A stretch of DNA of 63,887 nt, filler included, from Hausera hauseri (Eukaryota): the NCBI GenBank assembly GCA_046269625.1. It is 11 parts of 11 records of this genome, joined end to end, with 100 filler letters (N's around TTAATTAATTAA, not from the genome) between each part and the next. Parts side by side here need not be neighbours in the genome. Positions count along the whole stretch, not along the records: positions 1 to 5,264 come from JBJURY010295613.1; positions 5,365 to 10,571 come from JBJURY010306943.1; positions 10,672 to 14,754 come from JBJURY010772094.1; 8 more parts are not named here. One strand, given 5' to 3'. Made by a program: the position numbers and the translations under genes. Positions 1-12,236 of the stretch are shown piece by piece; the first letter of the stretch is position 1, and each line of letters starts with the position of its first letter. The notes under the pieces are model-generated. The model searched no databases. It saw nothing but the letters and a program-made list of their open reading frames with translations, and was not told the DNA's origin.

Positions 1-509
1 GTGTAACCTGGAGTCAACGTCGGTTTGGTTTCTAAAACTGACTACTATGCACCTTAAAGCCATCAATAGTCTATTCTGATCTTATTCTTTTAGTAATTAT
101 GTCAATGCTTTATTTAGATCTCCTTTTAATTTATATTTTTTAATAACTTTCTAATTTGTGATGAAAATTTCCTGGCTGTTTCTATACTTGATTTCAATGG
201 AACTGTACTATTTGTTGGTATTTGTTTAAGTTGATTAGGATTAGCTTTCTTAATTAATTATTCCAAGAGTTAGTGTGTTGCAAATGTTATTTTTGGTGTA
301 TTGATAGTAAGGTTTACCGGAATTTCATTTTGGCTCGATGTTTCTGGTACACGGTCTTTTCTTTGCTCATTTTTCTTGTCACAGATAGTGATTTTTGTGA
401 ATTTTTGTATCTTTTATTATTTCACGTTGCTCTCATAGTTTAATTGATATAAACCGTTTTCTTTTGTCCTTTTCGTGCTATTCTTCATCAGGATATTCTT
501 CATCATTAC

Positions 510-964
510 TTATAGAGTTAAGGTCGCATTTCTGTAATCTGCTTCCTTTTCTTTAACCCCAAATTCTATAGTGAATTGGGGCATACGGTCCGTTAGAAGT
601 CCATAGTTAACGATGTAGTCATTATCTATGGCTAGTCGTCCGTAAACATCAGCTTTTGCTATTAAGTTTGTTTCCGGCTTAAATTCGTCCCATTCTTTTC
701 TTCGGAGGTCTGTAAATTTAGTAAACATTCCAACCGTTACGTCTAGCGTTCGCTCATATTTGTTGGTATTAATTTTTATACTTACAACATATGGTTGTTT
801 TTTTGTTCTTTCGTCATATATCTCTTCCAAGCATTTTGAGCAGTTTTCTTGCTGTTAAAAAGCAGAATACATCCTCTTTCCTCAATGGTAAAAGGAATGC
901 GGCACATTCTATTTGATTTAAGATTGTAATTGTTTATATTTTCGTAGTGCATTTCATATTGCAT
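510..964 (-). pseudogene. Frameshifted ORF of unknown function, possibly element-borne
   Basis: ORFs 782-964 and 510-830 overlap and join at 'NAW/EEIY'. Weak resemblance to 21775-22284 (DLRRKEWDEFK vs RLKDQKWDSFQ; FTIEFGV vs YELEFRV). Confidence 0.35.
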
Positions 965-2208
965 AAGATGCTCAATCCGTTACTGGTATTTTAGCTTTTG
1001 TTATTTCATTTGTTAATTCTGGTGATTTATCGTAGATTATTGAACGTTCCGCTGTCTTTCGAGTTTTCCTATTGCGGGAAAACTATTCGTAGATTTTCTA
1101 AAATTCTACTGTAAATGGTATATTATATGCTACTAGTACAGTTTTGATATTCACCGAGATATCTGTGTGCTATTACTTCTCAGTTATGACTGTGGTATAA
1201 ATCTAAACACTTATAGTTTCGGTTTATTTGTTCTATATTATAAATAGCTATTAAATTTACCGGATTTATTTTCAACGTATTCAACAGAATTTGCAGTTGT
1301 CGACCAATAATTATTTTGACTGGTAGATATTTGTTCATAAATTCACTTATCGACGGTTGTCATTAAGGAGCAAACCGTTTGCTGCATTCGGTATACTTTG
1401 TAGTGTCGGGTATATACGGATATAGGTGAATATTAATAACAGTCTTTCCTTCTAGATTCTTCGCTGTAATTTGAATGAATCCTTTGTCATCGTCTTTGTT
1501 TACTCATCTACTGTCAGTATTATTTCTTTATCTTGAACTACAGGTTCATCCAAGGATGGTGGGGTGTTTCTTTAAGCAATTGTACTAAATATAATAAGCC
1601 GTTGTCTAATTGTTTAATTTGGAAGTCTCCCTTATAGGGCTAATTAGAATGTAGCATAATTTCTCTTGGGATTCTTTCAGTCTTTGGTTTATTTAAATGT
1701 TTTTTGATTTTCACGATTTGTGTATAAACCTATTGCTCATATAAAAGATGCCTTTAACCTTAGATAACTTTGACCTTAAATGCATTCATGTGGCAATGGT
1801 AAGAAATAAATTCCAATTCACCCAATCGGGGAATAATGAATAAGTACTAATTTTGAATAACCCAACCGTCAATTTGACATTTATTTTACTGAATCAACTT
1901 TATTAACAGAGCTGAGGTAGATGTTTGTACTAGAACCCTCATTTTCAATTACTTATTTGAGATGATAATTGGTGAATTAATAAAAATGTAAACTTATAAA
2001 TTAAGAAATATTTTTGTTTAAATGAGGTAGTCAGTTAAGTTTTTAAAAGTTATATAAAAGCATGAAAATAAACGATAAAATATTACAAATAAAATTCAGG
2101 AAATTAATGATTTAAATTTCATCCAATATTAAATAAGAAAATATTTTTTAATCTAAAATATGAATTCATTTGTTTAATAATTTTTTGCAAATTAGTAGTG
2201 CATTAGTA

Positions 2209-2868
2209 ATGGACAATACAAAAAATTATGTAAAACCATTTCATTCGTATGAAGAAATTGCACAAAATATGCGACTAAACGTAATCAGAAAATATGATGA
2301 TTTTTGTATGAAAATAAAAAGAAGTTTCGATGACGTCAAGCTATATTTCAATGTTTTAGATGGAATAATGGATGTAAATTACGTTACAGGTACTGCTTTT
2401 TTCTACAAAAGAAATAATGTTCCTTCATATGGGTTTTTATTTTTTAATAAATTCTCCGGCAGTACAGAACACAAGATGTAACTGAAATTAATTGATAATC
2501 AAGTCTCAGTAATTATGACGGATCGTTTAGTTAAACTTTACATGTGTAATGAATTTTGTATTTCAGCTGGATTTTGTAGTAATGAAAAAGCAAAAGATTT
2601 TGTTAATGCTGTAAACACAATTTCATCTTGTCAAGATAAGAGAAATGCAATGGTAAAAAGAAGGAGTTTGTCACCTGAAAAATGTATCAATTATCAAACT
2701 AAATCCAAAAAACGTGCCGACAATTACAATTCATCAAACAATTATTCATCCAACAGAAATTACAACAAAACATACAAACCATACAACAAGACGCCATCAT
2801 CATGGAGATTTACTCACAAGGATAAAATAACTTCTGATAATTGGCGATCTGCAAGGATTAAAAGTTGA
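2209..2868 (+). pseudogene. DCP1: DCP1-like mRNA-decapping cofactor (EVH1 domain) with one in-frame TAA at 2479-2481
   Basis: MRLNVIRKYDDF...VKLY...VTGTAFFYKRNNVPSYGFLFFNKF matches the Dcp1 EVH1 pattern (MNLxxLxxxDPY...VALY...EGTLFVYxRxxxPxxGFxIxNR). ORFs 2170-2481 and 2515-2868 share a frame. Confidence 0.7.
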
Positions 2869-5264
2869 AAAAATGTTTTCATATTTCAATACATATCTAT
2901 TTTCTTATTCGGAGTCTTTATTATGTTTTTCATAAATATTGCCACATTTTAGAATATTTATTTATTTATATCTATGCAAAGTGGCTGTTTCAAATATAAT
3001 TTCGGAATTTAAAAAAAATTAATTTAAGTTTCTGAAAATTATATTCCTATAAACGTTTTTTAGTGATTTATTATTTAATTCTTTTGTTATCCGTTAATAT
3101 CATAGAGACAAATTCTTGAAATCGAAGTTATACATTAATTGTGTAGACAAATTGATTTGGCACAAATTGATTGTACTTTAGAATGTACCAATCAACCTCC
3201 AAAAGTATATAGTACAAAAAAGAAGTAAAACAAATTAAAATAAAATAAAATTTAAAATAAATAAAGTAAATTAAAAATAAAACATTCCAATAAGAGAAGT
3301 AACATAACTTTTATTTAAATTCCTTATTGTCGAATTTAAATTTAATTAAAGTTAAATTAAAGTTAAAATTCAATTAACCTCAAATTTAATTAAAAAATGT
3401 ATTTAATACATGCTACATGTTTACTTATTTCCCGTATGTTCATGATATTTGTTCAGAGATATTGCAATAATTTTAAGCGTTGTAAGTTGCATTTTGCAGA
3501 TGTCAATTTGCACTACAGACTAAATGACGTTGATTAGTGTTTTCTTTGGTAGTTGGGGTAGGGGTGAATGTGCCAAATTTATACCACACATAATGTGGCA
3601 TGTTTTAAACATACATGTTTGACAATGGATATGATTTGCAAATTGATACAAAACAAAATTATACCAGTATTAAATTGATGCTATTAAACAAATTATTATA
3701 ATTTTATCTCTGTTAAGTTTTAGAGGTCGGGAAACGGTTTCGGTCTTTCGACCTTAAAACCCAAGCTTCATTTGTCTATTATTTATTATTCTTAGTTATA
3801 AATATAAAATAAATAATAATAATAAATAATAAATAAATAATAATTTGATATAAATCAAACAAAAAAGGATGTAATTATACAAATCTTTAATCTATGAAAT
3901 GATAAGAGGAAAAGATGTTCTATTTTAACAATCGAAATATATAATAAGAATATAATAAAAATCATTTACAACCATCATAAAAGCCTTGGATCGTAATTAC
4001 GTCAAGGGTCAGAGTCAAGGTTTGAAAATCAACTATTATTATTATTATTTAACGAAATGTCTCTACTATTTATACAAATTTTCTGACAGGGAAAGATATC
4101 CATAAAAGAAAATTTATTGCCAAACCTAACCAGAAAATAAAATATATTTACAGTTCGTCAATAATAAAACAAGAGAATTATATTAAATCTAAAGTTGTCA
4201 ATGCTTTGACCAATAATTATCGCAAAGTCCATTTATCATGTGTAACGGTTATCACAGGGTCTACTTACCTCGAAATTAATTTATCATTCTATTTGACATC
4301 TCTATCTGATAAAAATCTCAAACTCCAAGAAAACCAATCGATTTGAATAATTTTTCAAGCATTCCTATCGAATGAATTTGCTAAATAATTCTGCGTAAAA
4401 AATGAAAATACTTATGAAAAACATACTGAAGACTGAATAAGAAAATTACGATCTCATTAAAACTCGTGCTTGGAAATAATATTAAAGTGTGTCTAAGAGG
4501 GTTATGAATTTATTTTCGCAGTTTTAAGAAGAATGTAGAAACGTTTGATGAGCTTTTGTATTTGTGTCTTGAATTTTGAAGTAAGATGATTGTAATAAAA
4601 TAAACATGGGTCAGATGAGTGCCAAACGTTAGGAAATTGAAATTAACATATTATAATCACACATTTAATTTAAATGCAGTTGCCATGTGTGCCTAAATCT
4701 CTTTCGAAAATATTTTAATAAATATCTGTGAAAGACTCGAATATAAAAATATAAGTTTAGTTGTTTTGGTTTGTGTAAAAGCCTGATACAGGCTGCACAA
4801 TGTAAGTACTAAAAGCCATTCGAGTAAAATGACTGGTAAAAACGTAATAGAGAACAATAGTTCCCGGTCAGAAGGTTTATTGTTCAAAGACAAATCTGAA
4901 AACGCATTTTGACGGAAGCAATCTCGACGTCGTAGATTGTGTTGCTGGAGTTGAACTCGACACCGTATAAGAGGCTTGAAGAGATATACTCGACGCCATG
5001 TGGTACATACCCGTGAATATTTAGTATTTCTTTTTGGAATAATTTGGGATTAATCATCGTCTATAAAGGTCGGCTCACCATTTCCGGAACCTATCACTAA
5101 GTACATCTGCATGACTGTAGCACGGCTCTTCTGAGTGATCGGCTCACCGGCCATCACAATCGTCTTCGCACTTTTCGCGGTTTGTTGTTTTCGGCATAGT
5201 AAATAGATGTGAGGGCACTGGATCAGACCCCCCAGGGAAGGAAAGTAACTAATCAGAGGGGGAC

Positions 5265-5364
5265 NNNNNNNNNNNNNNNNNNNNNNNNNNNNNNNNNNNN
5301 NNNNNNNNTTAATTAATTAANNNNNNNNNNNNNNNNNNNNNNNNNNNNNNNNNNNNNNNNNNNN
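5265..5364. other. Artificial contig linker (N44-TTAATTAATTAA-N44). Identical linkers at 10572-10671, 14755-14854, 18834-18933, 23219-23318, 27713-27812, 31797-31896, 45037-45136, 49410-49509 and 59180-59279
   Basis: The same 100-bp spacer with six-frame stop codons occurs 10 times; ORFs are cut at each one. Confidence 0.98.
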
Positions 5365-5409
5365 TCAATTTATAGTATTTATAACTTAATATAAAACATT
5401 TATTTTATT

Positions 5410-8400
5410 TTGTTTTCCATTCAGAAGTGTACTAATTATCCCATGTATTGCGTCTCGCGCACACATGTGGAGCAGGAGAAGTGCCACCAACAGAGAGCTA
5501 AATATTACTCCGTTGGCACGGACTCATATTTGTGCCCAACGTGCGGCAGTATTTCGGCCCTTTGTCCATACCCCGACTTTTATGCGATGCACAAGCATCA
5601 TCTTGACTTGTTTCCGCGTGCCAAGAAGATGGTGGTTGTGCACTGCCACACATACCGGCGATACTGCAGTAGTAGAGCGCATGACGTTGTTGGTTGCCAT
5701 ATGGTAATGGAGCAGTACTATGGCGTCACAATGGTGCAAGGTAAACGGGCCTATGTTTGTCCCGGTTGTTCTATAGTTGATGAAATCAACTATGAACAAT
5801 TTTATAAACAGCAAAAGGACCACTTAAACCAGTTTCAGCGGTCCAAAAAGGAAATAATGTTGGTGACAAGAAAAACCAGTATCCACTCTACAAGTAGGAA
5901 ACGTCGGGCCTCAACAAGTCTTGACGACTTAATCAAATACAGTACCGAACAGCAGAAGCAGATGCATATGCAACAGGAACAGCAGGAGCAGATGCAACAG
6001 AAGAAACCTTCCACTATTGTCAAGTACGATCTAAACAAATCGGACATGGACGTGAAAGTAAACATGTCGGGATCAACAACACTACAGCTGAGGCATGTTT
6101 CGTCCAGTGTGTGCAGCCGGTTGGAATTAGAGGTGGAGAAATTCAAACGCAACAACTGCGAAGTGCAATATTATGCACTTGCAGAATTTGAAAACGTTGA
6201 AGGTAATAGGAAACAATAGTATCTGTCACATCGAACCGTACCGTATTCCGAAGATTTTACTGCCGATGTAGAGGAAAAATCGGATGTGAAAATCGCCAAT
6301 TATACTGAAAAGGGTAGTGGATGGCGAATTATACAAATTGTCACACTCGACTTTATTATAACAAAGTCGAATGGCGTGGTACATTTGTCTGGTCGGTCGT
6401 TTATACCGCCACCAGTATCTTTAAATTAGTCCCTGGCGGTAGAGAATGTACAAAATAGTGACGACGAATACTGTTTTTGCACAGTATTCTGGCTGTATTG
6501 AAGTACAGAAAAGTGAACAGATATCATGCACATCGTCCAAATCAGTATAGGCAGTATTTTTCCGAATTGCAATTTGATAAATGCTGGATGTCGATGAAAC
6601 TGAAAACCATTCGGGTTTTTGAACGGCGTAATCCAACGCTGTCAATCAAGGTTTTCCGGTATAACACAATAATTGAAATAGCGGAAGATGAAGAAATTTA
6701 TAAGAACCCTCATATGGACATAATTTATCACAGTCGAAACTGAAATGGACGCTCGGTAAATTTGTTACCGTTGGAGCAGGCCGAAAATTTTTATTACGTG
6801 GCAGTGCCAAATGTGGATAGACTGTTGAACATGGAGCATTACAAGTTCATCAAAAAGCGAATACGATGCAAATGGTGTCCTGTATGTCTGTATGGATTCA
6901 GATCGGAAACAACGTGGGAGAATATGTTACGCTATGCAGGCAAAAGGCATCAGGGACAAAAATGTACGTCATTCCCATCAAAGAAGAGCTCAGATTCAGT
7001 GATTTGTCTAAAACGGACATTTCGGCATATGTGATGTATGCCGATATCGAAGCAATTCTACCACACCACAATGTATACGATCAAAAGCACGTTCCAATTG
7101 CCGCCGGTATGTTACTAGTACCAATAAAAGCCGCCGGACAACCACATTATTACGCTTTCCATGGTTAAAACTGTGTACGTTATTTCCTGCAGGAGTTGGA
7201 AACCATAATAGAAACGGAAATCTCGCCATGGTATTGCAACAATTGCAATAAGCCATTGATTTGGGCAGACGAATATCAACCGTTGCTTTTCGCCGTCACC
7301 GATGAACGCTATCTGTGACAAAATAATACCGTTTGATACACAGGAATGGCTCGTACCGGATCACGACCATTTCACCGGTCGATACTTTGGAGCAGAATGC
7401 AATTCATGCAATTTAGCATAGCGAGTGCGACCATTCCTGCCGGTGATCTTTCATAATTTTCGAGGTTATGACTGTCACTATATTCTTAAATTGGCCATTA
7501 ACGGCTTTCCGCACTGCCAAATGTCCATAATCTTAACGGCAATGGAGAAATACCTATCGCTGTCGGCACGCGTAAACCGATTCCAGGTACGCTTCCTTGA
7601 TTCATTGCAATTTCTCAATGAATCATTGGCAAAGCTGGTATGTGCTCATAGCACTGACGCAGTTCTCTGCACATATTTCACGCAACAAAGGTATATTTCC
7701 ATATAACTTTGCAACATAATATGAGCGACTCCGGACAGCAGGTAAATTACCGCTGCGATGGACAGGTATCGCAGAAGATGAATATTGGAGAGCACAAGAA
7801 TCTTGGACAGAACTGGACTGTAGAAACATGTTGGATTACATGCTCCAGTACATTAAACTGGACGTGTACTTATTAACCGACGTTTTTGAAGCATTTCTGA
7901 CCAAAGCGCTGGCGGAACATAGGTTGGAGCCACTCAACTATTTATACCGGGAATGAGTTGGGCGTTAGCTCTAATGTCACTGGATCGAGACATTGAGCTG
8001 CTGCAAGACCCGGAAATGTACCAGCTGTTTGATGTTGCTTTTTGCGGCGGCATGACATTCGTCAACAAGCATCAGGTCAGTGTTACCGATACCACATCAT
8101 TGCTGTATATTGATATTAATAACCTCTACGGCTGGGCGCTTTCGCAACCCTTGCCGTACGGTTCATTTGAATGGGTAGTCGACAGACAAGATCTGGACGA
8201 CATAATGGTCAACCTACCACGAGCGGACATGGGAGGCTCAGTCGGATACTTGATGGAGGTCGATCTCGTGGTACCGGATGAGATGCATTACGTTTTTGAC
8301 GATTTACCGGTCGCACCATTCAATCAATGTCCGCCAGGCTCAAAAGTGAAGAAGCTGCTCATGACGCATGAACCGAAGCTGAATTACGTGGTCCATTGGC

Positions 8401-9336
8401 GTCCGCTATAGTTCTACATGCAGCTCGGTGTACGCGTTACACATCTGAATCGTCCAATCCGATTTGCTCAGGCTCCCATATTCAAGCCGTACATAAATGG
8501 AAATTCGGCGAAACGAGCCTCAGCTTGTATAAAGTTCGAGAAAAACTACTACAAGCTGAAAAACAATTCTCTGGACGGAAAACAGTGGAGAATCTGAAAA
8601 AGCGGCTCAATATCCGCCTATGTAACTCGGAAAAGCGGCTGGTTACGTAAACCAGCAAGGCACAGTTTCGGCGGTCAATGCACATTGCCGATGGATTGGT
8701 TACGGTGCTGTTAAAGAGGGAAGACGTCGTACTGGACCGGCCAAGTTATATAGGACAAGTGGTATTGGATCTGAGCAAGTTGCGGATGTATGAGCTGCAG
8801 TATCGCGATTTGGCACGTTAACGATAAATGTTCGGCGGCTGCAATATTGACATAATTGCCGGTGACATTGATAGTTTTTCTGGGAACTGGAAAACGTCAA
8901 TCGCGAACAATTGATGCAGCAAATGATAGCAGACTGATTACTGGACACGTCCAATTACCCACAGAATCATCCATTGTACAGCAACGCCATAACAAACAAA
9001 ATCGGCTGCTTCAAGGATGAAAGTGAAGGTCGCGTTCAGTATTGGGAATGGATATTTCTACGGCCAAAATGTTATAGCCTTTTCACTGAAAGTGGACCAA
9101 AAATGCGCGCGAAAGGAGTTCAGTTGGTCCAGACGGAAATAAACCACGGTGACTATCTCCGTGTCTATGATGAAGGAGCACAATCAAAGGATGTTGTGTC
9201 TCAAACGATCATCCGATCATTTGAGCATTAGCTGTATACGGTGACCAGTACAAAAGTTGTTTTATCATGCAATGATAAGCGAAAATGGGTGAAGCGAATT
9301 AAGACTTGGACGTACGGAGATTGGCATTTGAGATAA
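5410..9336 (+). pseudogene. polB: Protein-primed family B DNA polymerase (pPolB) of a Polinton/Maverick/adintovirus-like element, with many stops and frameshifts
   Basis: Motifs in order: GSGW; NxDDExCF; YADIEA (ExoI); DHDHFTGRYFGAECNSCN (endonuclease VII-like insert); FHNFRGYD (ExoII); FLDSLQFL; KGIFPY; DVYLLTDVFE (ExoIII); YIDINNLYGWALSQPLPYG (motif A); YKLKNNS (motif B); DIDS (motif C); GCFKDE; LRPKCYS; AKGV. GC content is higher than in host-like contigs. Confidence 0.93.
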
Positions 9337-9621
9337 CACAAGTTTAGTGTTCACAAACAGTTAAGTGCAAACATGCAATTCAGTCCAGCTAAATCGTTGA
9401 CATTTATGATCTTTATTTTACATTCAACTGCTGTACGTGTTTTGTTATACATGATCAATAACATATTTGTACACTAGCTTTTGTCTTCTGTTTTATAACA
9501 ATGAAATGGGGCTTAAGTTGGGTTATTGAAAATAAATTAAAAACCTCATTACTCAAAAACTCCAATACTTTTCATTATTAATCTAAAACACAACACCAAA
9601 AACTAAAAAGAGTACGTCAAA

Positions 9622-10050
9622 TCAATTCATTAGGGTAAACTTCCCCAACTTCCATATTGGCGATTTAATATTGCGCAGTTCCTTATATCCTTTCAGCTTT
9701 ATTGTCAGACATCCTTTTACCCCTTCCGTTGGCAAAATTGCTGTTTGTCCACTTGCACTTACAATTTTCGTCATGTCACATTTAAGAAAAAGCGAGATGT
9801 GTCCCGAATATCATTGGAAAACATCAAATCATTATCCACTTTCTTTACCCTTTCCTCCAATGCATCCAAATCACGGTCACCGATTTTCTTTGCCAATAGG
9901 CCATATTTTACCTACTTCATTTTGGTCGGTGTTGATAATTGCACTAGAATGGGGATTTGCAGAAAGTGTAGATTGTAGCCGTTGTACACTCTGGACTGTC
10001 TGAGAGAATACGGGCCGTACACGGACTCACTGTTGCTTTCTAAATACATA
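9622..10050 (-). pseudogene. Decayed ORF convergent with pPolB; probable Polinton accessory gene
   Basis: Reads across one stop and one frameshift: ...KKIGDRDLDALEERVKKVDNDLMFSNDIRDTSRFF/LKCDMTKIV...CLTIKLKGYKELRNIKSPIWKLGKF. Confidence 0.4.
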
Positions 10051-10103
10051 TTAAGGACAAAAAGTAAAAATGAAATGGACTTACTGCAACCTGACACGAT
10101 TGA

Positions 10104-10155
10104 ACTGTCGCTGTTGTTGTTGTTGTTGTTGTTGCTGCTGCTTCTTCTGCTGCAG
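10104..10155. repeat. (GTT/GCT)n trinucleotide microsatellite
   Basis: ctgttgttgttgttgttgttgttgctgctgcttcttctgctg. Confidence 0.85.
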
Positions 10156-10759
10156 ATGCTGTTGTTTTGTTGTGCAGACATTTTAGAGACAAAGTGAAAT
10201 GAAAAGATATCCATATTTATACCAAATTTGTTGAAATCGGTTTATTTTCGTTGTAAACAGTGAACCAAATATGTACCAAACGGTTTGCTTTCATTGTAAA
10301 CAGTAAACAAACGGTCAATAACGCTTGTGACACCGTATCTATTAAAAGTCATTCGTAGTAACTGCTCTTGCTGCTCTCGTAACCAAATTACTATCGTGTG
10401 CTTTCCACCATCGTACCAAGTCCGAAATTGATAATCCATCAAAATTTCGCAATTCCTTCAATTTATCAACTATTTCCATGATTATTATTATAACCTATCT
10501 GTATTTATAGTTTAAAATTATTCAATTGACCAATACGGCGGACCTTATTTACAGTAAGAAAAAAACAGAGANNNNNNNNNNNNNNNNNNNNNNNNNNNNN
10601 NNNNNNNNNNNNNNNTTAATTAATTAANNNNNNNNNNNNNNNNNNNNNNNNNNNNNNNNNNNNNNNNNNNNAACTGAATCAGCTTATTTCATCAATCACT
10701 ATTTGGATAAATAAAGATTTGTAAATGTTATGTAAATAAATTTTTATTCCTTATTTCTC

Positions 10760-11039
10760 ATTAAAGGGAATACCGCTTTGTTCCAGGGTACGACTTTCTT
10801 CCAGGGTAGGACTTTCTTCCAGGGTAGGACTTTGTTCCTGGGTGGGAATAGTGAAACCCAATTAAAACCAGTGCTCTCTGATTAGTCCTCTACTCCTATT
10901 GGCTTACTTCCTTCCCCCCGATGACGTGTCCTCTTCCCATCGACAGTTTCCCTTCCCCTCGATGACGTGTTCATTTCCTATTGGCTTCCTTCCTTCCCTG
11001 GGGGGGGGGGTTGGGGAGAACTCCTCCCTTCCAACTACT
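10760..11039. mobile_element. Probable Polinton/Maverick terminal inverted repeat (right end)
   Basis: GC-rich repeat-containing block ending in ACTACT at 11034-11039 (AGTAGT on the minus strand, the canonical Polinton terminus). Tandem repeats, two TGACGT and two ATTGG motifs lie inside. Confidence 0.55.
10776..10847. repeat. Four tandem 18-bp repeats (CTTTSTTCCAGGGTAGGA)
   Basis: Units at 10776, 10794, 10812 and 10830. Confidence 0.9.
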
Positions 11040-12236
11040 CTCCTTTGCTGTTAATGGTTTAAATTTACTAGGATATAGTGATTGTTTATCAATTGTGCCA
11101 TGAGGTAATTTGATTATCAACGTTGTAGAGGAGCATTTTGTGGTTTAGTTTACATTTTCGATCGATATCAGTCGACACAGACTTAGTATAACAGCTTCGT
11201 ATGGTGGAAATTCTATGGTAGATTTTATCACATGTTGATACTGGTTCATCAAAATAGTTCCAAAATTCCAATAAAATTTCACATGAATGTAAGTACAAAA
11301 TCCACGCTGATTAAAAATATGGACAGCCAATGTCGAAATGCGCAAATTGTTTTCTTTTTGATTCGCGGTAAACGGTAGCAAACTACTCTCATTGATTAAC
11401 TTTGTTTTGTTCCACAGAACAAAAAGGGCTGTACTGAAGAACATACCATCATCTGTCGATGTCGAATGACCTAAGATTTTCAGTTTCGGTTTGTAAATTA
11501 CAAATTTTTCTTTTGATTCGCCTCGGGAAGTAAAGGCCGTTTGGGTCTGTATTGTATTCCAAGGTAAATATAAAATTAGGATACAAACTGTAAGGTTCTA
11601 CCTTACAAAAAAAGGGAAAAAAGGAAATAAAAATAAATAAATAAATATTAAATAACCAAAACATTCAAAATTAATCGAATCCCGTACCAGTCCTACTCGG
11701 ACTTTCTCACGGTACGGGAGCTACTGCAACGGAGCCTCTTCGTACGGCACTTAACCAGGCTGGGGCGGAACGACCCCTATTCTTTACCCTGTGGAACATT
11801 CCATAGGTTTTATGAGGACGGGGAAAATCGGCGTCTTTTCGACTTGTCGGTTTTCCTGCCGGTCTTCTTAAGACTGATGGCTGCCGCCGACCATTTCTAC
11901 GAATCGCTGGCTCCATCAGAGAGCCAGATGATATCTGACCGTCGAACCTCTGACAAGCCGCAGGCTAGGACAGTGAGCTCCAGCCCAGAGGAAGGTCCCA
12001 TACCGCGCCGTCGACGTCGGTTGGAACCGACAAGACTTGAAACAACATCAACTGATTCCAGTTCGGACAACGTTACGACTTGTCCGCGCGGAAATCCGAG
12101 GATTAACCCGGCACTCTTCTCAGCCGAGGATTCGTACGCCTCGGCGGACGATTTACACGAACTGAATAAAAATTATTTTCATTGTTTTTTTGTCTTATAA
12201 GCGTTTGTTTCAGTCGTTTTATTCGACTATATTCAC

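Noticed and set aside
9982-10197. Poly-Leu membrane protein ORF
   Set aside because: Product of a trinucleotide microsatellite
10776-10847. CRISPR-like array
   Set aside because: Units are contiguous with no unique spacers, there are no cas genes, and the context is eukaryotic
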